Shown: in pieces, positions 58,137-64,000 of the stretch
How positions within the stretch are numbered: position 1 is the stretch's first letter
Layout: every line of letters starts with the position of its first letter
Sequence record: MN895436.1
Strand: one strand, 5' to 3'
DNA: 64,000 bases
From: Escherichia phage teqsoen
Made by a program: the position numbers and the translations under genes
Notes under the pieces: model-generated
The model's input: only the letters and a program-made list of their open reading frames with translations
Database searches by the model: none
Told to the model about the DNA's origin: nothing

Positions 58137-60401
58137 TCATAATTTACAGGATGAACAATCTTCAGCTTTTGGAGTTTCTATTTCATAATCATCAGTACCA
58201 GAACCATCGCGGGTATTATGATAATAGAAATTTTTTCCGCCAAAATACCAAAAATACAAAAGGTCATCAATCATTATTGACATTGGAACCTTGCCTTTAG
58301 GGAAGATTTGGGGGTCATAGTATGTATTCGCCGAAGCTGATTGACAAACCCATTTCAGCATAATAGCTACCTGCGTAAGATAAGGTTTATTACCTTTCTT
58401 AGCTAATTTCCATGTATAGTCGTAAAGGTCTATGTTATGCTCAATATTGGGCACGACCTGATTAAAGGAGCCCTCTTTTGATTCTTTAACAGAGACTGGT
58501 CCACGTGGAGGCTCGATACCGTTTGTACTGTTAGAAACTTGGGAAGATGACTCACATGGCATAAGTGCTGATAATGTGCTATTACGGATGCCAAAGAGCT
58601 TAAGGTCTTCCCGCAGCGCCGACCAGTCACAAACGTATTTTGGAGCTGCGATTTGGTCAATCTTTTTATTGTACCAGTCGATAGGTAATTCGCCTCGAGA
58701 CCAACGAGTGTCTGAATAATATTCGCAAGGTCCTTTTTCTTTGGCGAGCTTAATGGATGCTTTAATGAGTCCATACTGTAATCTCTCAAATAGTTCATGT
58801 GTTAAATCGTTAGCATCTTCATAAGAAGCAAAGTTACTTGCCAGCCAAGCTGCATAGTTAGTAACACCTACACCAAGGTTACGACGCTTTTTAGCTTTTT
58901 CTGCTTCAGGAACTGGATATCCTTGATAATCCAAAAGATTATCAAGAGCACGAACTTGAACTTCTGCCAATTCATTAATTTTATCTTGGTCTTGCCAGTC
59001 AAAATTATCTAGTACGAATGCAGAGAGAGTACACAATCCAATTTCAGCATCAGGACTGTTCACATCATTTGTTGGAATAGCAATTTCACAGCACAAGTTA
59101 CTCTGACGAATAGGTGCCTTTTCACGAATAAACGGAGTATAGTTATTCGTATTATCAATGAACTGCACATAAATCCTTGCTGTTCCTGAACGTTCAGTCA
59201 TGAGCAATTCAAATAGTTCACGGGCTTTAATACGCTTTTTACGAATATTAGGGTCTTTTTCTGCTGCTTCGTATAATTCACGGAAACGGTCTTGGTCTTT
59301 AAAATAAGAATAATAAAGCTCGCCACCCATTTCATGCGGACTGAACAAAGTAATGTAATCGTTCTTTCCGAATCGTTCCATCATCAAATCATTCAGCTGA
59401 ACACCATAATCCATATGACGAATGCGGTTTTCTTCTACGCCTTTGTTATTTTTCAAAACGAGAAGATTTTCAACTTCCAAATGCCAAATAGGATAATAAG
59501 CAGTAGCAGCGCCGCCACGAATTCCACCCTGTGAGCATGATTTAACTGCAGTCTGAAAATGTTTCCAAAAAGGAATAACACCAGTATGACGTACTTCACC
59601 CATGCCAATCTTAGAACCTTCGGCACGAATCATACCAACATTAATACCAATTCCAGCGCGTTTAGAGATATATTCAACAATTGAAGCGGAAGCCTTATTG
59701 ATAGACTTCAATGAATCACCTGCCTCAATAACAACACATGAACTAAACTGTCGAGTCGGAGTACGACAACCAGCCATAATAGGAGTTGGCAATGAAATCT
59801 GTCGAGTAGATACTGCTTCATAAAAACGGATAACATGTTTTAATCTATCAACAGGTTCATCTTGATGCAGTGCCATTCCAATAGTCATAAATGCAAACTG
59901 CGGAGTTTCATAAATTTGACCGGTGGTTTTATCTTTGACTAGATATTTTTCTTTTAATTGCATCGCTCCGGAATAAGTAAATTCCATATCCCGCTCGTGC
60001 TTAATTTTTGATTCTAAAAATGTAATTTCTTCCGCAGAATATTTTGACAATAATTCAGGGTCATATTTCCCTTCATTTACGCAATAAGAAATATGGTCAA
60101 TAAATGAACGCGGTTCATACTGCCCGTAAACATGCTTACGAAGAGCAAACATTAAACAGCGTGCAGCTACATATTGATAATCAGGCTCTTCAACCGAAAT
60201 AGAATTCGCAGCAGCCTTAATGACAATAGTCTGAATATCATCAGTTGTCATTCCATCACGGAGATAAGATTTAATATTTTCATATAATTCATAAGGATCT
60301 ACTGATGTTCCTTCAGCTGCCCAAGATAAAACTTTAATAATTTTTTGTGGGTCGAAGCTCTGAGAAACACCACTACTTTTGATAACATTAATTAATTGCA
60401 T
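58137..60401 (-). CDS. nrdA: Ribonucleotide reductase large subunit (class Ia alpha)
   Basis: 754-aa ORF with an N-terminal ATP-cone and active-site region NLCCEI; only 51 bp separate it from nrdB. Confidence 0.92.
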   Translation of the reverse strand: MQLINVIKSSGVSQSFDPQKIIKVLSWAAEGTSVDPYELYENIKSYLRDGMTTDDIQTIVIKAAANSISVEEPDYQYVAARCLMFALRKHVYGQYEPRSFIDHISYCVNEGKYDPELLSKYSAEEITFLESKIKHERDMEFTYSGAMQLKEKYLVKDKTTGQIYETPQFAFMTIGMALHQDEPVDRLKHVIRFYEAVSTRQISLPTPIMAGCRTPTRQFSSCVVIEAGDSLKSINKASASIVEYISKRAGIGINVGMIRAEGSKIGMGEVRHTGVIPFWKHFQTAVKSCSQGGIRGGAATAYYPIWHLEVENLLVLKNNKGVEENRIRHMDYGVQLNDLMMERFGKNDYITLFSPHEMGGELYYSYFKDQDRFRELYEAAEKDPNIRKKRIKARELFELLMTERSGTARIYVQFIDNTNNYTPFIREKAPIRQSNLCCEIAIPTNDVNSPDAEIGLCTLSAFVLDNFDWQDQDKINELAEVQVRALDNLLDYQGYPVPEAEKAKKRRNLGVGVTNYAAWLASNFASYEDANDLTHELFERLQYGLIKASIKLAKEKGPCEYYSDTRWSRGELPIDWYNKKIDQIAAPKYVCDWSALREDLKLFGIRNSTLSALMPCESSSQVSNSTNGIEPPRGPVSVKESKEGSFNQVVPNIEHNIDLYDYTWKLAKKGNKPYLTQVAIMLKWVCQSASANTYYDPQIFPKGKVPMSIMIDDLLYFWYFGGKNFYYHNTRDGSGTDDYEIETPKAEDCSSCKL

Positions 60402-60718
60402 AAGTCCTCAACTTGAAAATCGTCTTTAAACACTCGGTTAACTATATGAGCTATTATATCACCATGACACGGCTTTGGTTTACATGTGCATCCTAGCCTC
60501 ATTCCACGTAAAGGCTCTAAATGTGCTTTAGTTATTTCTCCGGATTTAATTCGACGTATAAAATCTTTTTTGAATAATTCAATGGCAGCCTCCCGGCTGC
60601 CAGCATCTTTACCGACGTAATTTCCCCAAAATGTACCGCGGTGAATATTAACATCAAAGTCGGATTTGTATTTATTCACTACCCGGCATAGACGGCCCAC
60701 GCTGGAATAATTCGTCAT
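60392..60718 (-). CDS. Hypothetical protein with Cys/His cluster (nrdA.1-like)
   Basis: 108-aa ORF containing [12 protein letters not shown]. Confidence 0.55.
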
Positions 60719-60935
60719 ATTGTTTTTCCGTTAAAACAGTAATATCGTAGTAACAGTCAGAAGAAGTTTTAACTGTGGAAATTTTATTATCAAAATACTC
60801 ACGAGTCATTTTATGAGTATAGTATTTTTTACCATAAATGGTAATAGGCTGTTCTGGTCCTGGAACTTCTAACTCGCTTGGGTTAGGAAGTGTAAAAAGA
60901 ACAACGCCAGAAGTATCTTTAAATCGTAAAATCAT
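60672..60935 (-). CDS. Hypothetical protein (nrdA.2-like)
   Basis: 87-aa ORF coupled to td. Confidence 0.5.
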
Positions 60936-61792
60936 ATTGCCATTTTCCCTTTAATTGCTGGATGCGATTCATAATTTTCAAGGATAAAATCTTTCGGTTT
61001 CATGTATTCAGTTAACCAGTAAAGCTGTGTTTCGGTGTCACAATTTCCAAACTCTATAGGCCAATCAATTTTAAGTTCACATAGTTCTTTAGGCTCACGA
61101 CGTAAAATTTCTTTACATTGCTCAGTATGATTCATATAGATGTGAGTATTACCACCAGAAAATATCAAATCTCCTGGGATAAGATTACACATCTTAGCCA
61201 CAATATGCGTCAAGGCAGCGTACGAGGCAATGTTGAATGGCAAGCCCAAGAAAACATCTACACTTCTTTGGTACCATTGTAAATCAAGATAACCATTACG
61301 CACATTAAACTGATAGAACATATGACAGGGCGGTAATGCCATTTGATTGATTTCAGCTGGATTCCATGCTGAAACGATTTGACGTCGATCAGTTGGTAAT
61401 TTTTTAATACGATCAATAGTTTCAACTAATTGATCCACACCACCGAAATCACGCCATTGTTTACCGTATATAGGACCAAGTTCACCACTATGATATCCTA
61501 GGTCTTTAGCCTGGTTTTCATAGTTATCGTCCCAAATAGTTTTACCTTGAATAAGACTACCATGAGTGCGAAGACGTAAATCATTAACATTGGTAGAACC
61601 GGAAATAAACCATAGAAGCTCAGCAATGCATGCATTCCAGGCGAGCTTTTTAGTTGTTACTGCAGGAAAACCTTTAGTTAAATCCCAGCGTAATTTAGTA
61701 CCGAACAAAGCAATTGTTCCTGTGCCTGTTCGGTCATCGGTTTCATAACCATTTTCAAAAATGTCTTTAATTAAATCTTGGTATTGTTTCAT
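60932..61792 (-). CDS. td: Thymidylate synthase, uninterrupted (no group I intron)
   Basis: 286-aa continuous ORF with the active-site region [11 protein letters not shown] intact. Confidence 0.92.
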
Positions 61793-61840
61793 TTAGTACC
61801 TTATATAAATTATAATACATTTTATGAAGCTAATAATCAA

Positions 61841-62200
61841 TCAATACGGTTTAGCAACAAATTTTCTCTCAATTTCAGGTGTGAAATACAATTCTTTACC
61901 ACGTTTGGAAAAGCGACCAATAATATGATAATTATTCTCATCAAACGTAATATTACCAATATCCATAGCTTTCAACCAAATATCGATATTTCTATCCAGC
62001 TTTATGTCAAAATTCCAATACGGAGAACTATTACCGAAAATACTACAAGCGGATTCAGTGAAACAACTGCTATAAATCTTGTCTTTAGGAACTACTAATT
62101 GATAGACACCTTTAATAAACTGAGGACCTTGCCATTTTGGCTGTTTCACGTCTTTTTCTAATAGAATAGGGTAATAATTAAAATTCATATTTTCCGCCAC
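61841..62200 (-). CDS. Hypothetical protein; ORF lying between frd and td
   Basis: 119-aa ORF with a GTG start (an internal ATG would give 115 aa); aromatic-rich; no motif I recognise. Confidence 0.45.
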   Translation of the reverse strand: MAENMNFNYYPILLEKDVKQPKWQGPQFIKGVYQLVVPKDKIYSSCFTESACSIFGNSSPYWNFDIKLDRNIDIWLKAMDIGNITFDENNYHIIGRFSKRGKELYFTPEIERKFVAKPY

Positions 62201-62208
62201 GCGTTATT

Positions 62209-63035
<827 letters not shown>

Positions 63036-63046
63036 ATTATCTCCTA

Positions 63047-63379
63047 TTAAAAAGGATCAGGAACATATCCGCTAGCTTTAATCATTTTAATTAACGTTAA
63101 CATTCCTTTGTTAACTGCTCGTGAGATTTCATCAAAAACTTCATCACTAAAAAGTTCTAACACGCCCTTCTGAACTTTTAATTTACAGCCAACAATTTCT
63201 TCATCGCCTATAGTAAATTCATTACCACCAATTCCACCGAAAAACTTAATTACACCAGTTAACTGTCTTCCACGAGAATATGGGTCGTGTGATAAAGTAA
63301 TATGAGTCACCCCGGGTACAGTTTTAAATTGGCAGCGAATGTTTACTTGGGAAATTCCAGTTACATGAATATCAGACAT
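63047..63379 (-). CDS. Hypothetical protein (frd.2-like)
   Basis: 110-aa ORF. Confidence 0.55.
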   Translation of the reverse strand: MSDIHVTGISQVNIRCQFKTVPGVTHITLSHDPYSRGRQLTGVIKFFGGIGGNEFTIGDEEIVGCKLKVQKGVLELFSDEVFDEISRAVNKGMLTLIKMIKASGYVPDPF

Positions 63380-63389
63380 AATATTTTCC

Positions 63390-63689
63390 TCAAACAGACT
63401 TTTTCACAATTTTCCAATCAGCTTTAAACTGTTCAACGTCAGAATGGTAAATCCAGAATCCTGCGCTTTCTCCATCCTCATAAAGAGGGCATCCATCACA
63501 TTCATCTTCCCATCCCATATCACGCAAAAGACGTTCAGCTTTTTCAACAAGTTCAGAATCTTTACCAATAATATTAAAATACCATTTACCTCTAACTTCT
63601 GAATCTTTGATACTCTGACGTTGTAATCTCATTTTATTCTCCTTAGTTGATAAGGCTATAGTATCACTACCATAGCCTGTTGTAAACAA
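63390..63689 (-). CDS. Hypothetical protein (frd.3-like)
   Basis: 99-aa ORF. Confidence 0.55.
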   Translation of the reverse strand: MFTTGYGSDTIALSTKENKMRLQRQSIKDSEVRGKWYFNIIGKDSELVEKAERLLRDMGWEDECDGCPLYEDGESAGFWIYHSDVEQFKADWKIVKKSV

Positions 63690-63983
63690 TTATTTTTGAA
63701 TTTTATCGAGCCACTTACCAAGCTTAATCATTTCTTTAGTAGCCTTTTCCATACTTCTGAACTTAACCAATAGAGGATAGGTATCGACACCCATAACTAA
63801 ACTGGTTACAAGACTGTGTTCACCCACAAGCCATAACGAATACGTTTGAATATCGAGCCCGTAATTTCTGTCTTTGTGGACCCGTACACCCATCACTTCA
63901 AATTTCTCACTAGCTTTTTCTACCGCATCCAGGAAATCATCTTTAGTCATATTAGGCCTTAAAAGTTTTTCGCAAAAGTTCAA
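63690..63983 (-). CDS. Hypothetical protein
   Basis: 97-aa ORF coupled to the downstream ORF; the upstream region runs off the window. Confidence 0.5.
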   Translation of the reverse strand: MNFCEKLLRPNMTKDDFLDAVEKASEKFEVMGVRVHKDRNYGLDIQTYSLWLVGEHSLVTSLVMGVDTYPLLVKFRSMEKATKEMIKLGKWLDKIQK

Positions 63984-64000
63984 TGATTTCGTCTACATTG

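Noticed and set aside
61778-62098. Plus-strand 106-aa ORF overlapping the td-frd intergenic ORF.
   Set aside because: It is on the non-transcribed strand for this early cluster and starts inside the td start region with no RBS; the minus-strand ORF is the better candidate.

Overview
This window reads as a contiguous segment of a T4-like (T-even, Tequatrovirus-type) myovirus genome, running from the 3' end of baseplate gene 6 to frd and beyond. Many predicted proteins match my recollection of phage T4 proteins almost residue for residue (gp17, gp23, Rnl2, PNK, gp31, DNA ligase and others), so nearly every gene can be named by T4 synteny. The + strand carries the late structural and morphogenesis module (genes 6-12, wac, 13-24, uvsW, 51, 27-29, 48, 54). 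The - strand carries early and middle genes (rnlB, hoc, inh, uvsY, 25, 26, alt, 30, rIII, 31, cd, pseT, alc, rnlA, denA, nrdB, nrdA, td, frd). I see no CRISPR array, tRNA gene, integrase, transposase or obvious defence island, and I do not find a clearly undescribed system. The points worth a second look are lineage-variable loci: two full-length Alt ADP-ribosyltransferase paralogs in tandem, a Hoc gene with a recently duplicated Ig-like domain, an extra 119-aa ORF between td and frd, intron-free td and nrdB with no homing-endonuclease genes, a NADAR/YbiA-like ORF, and a recurring family of GC-rich tetraloop hairpins at gene boundaries. All homology statements are from reading the translations against memory of T4, not from a database search.
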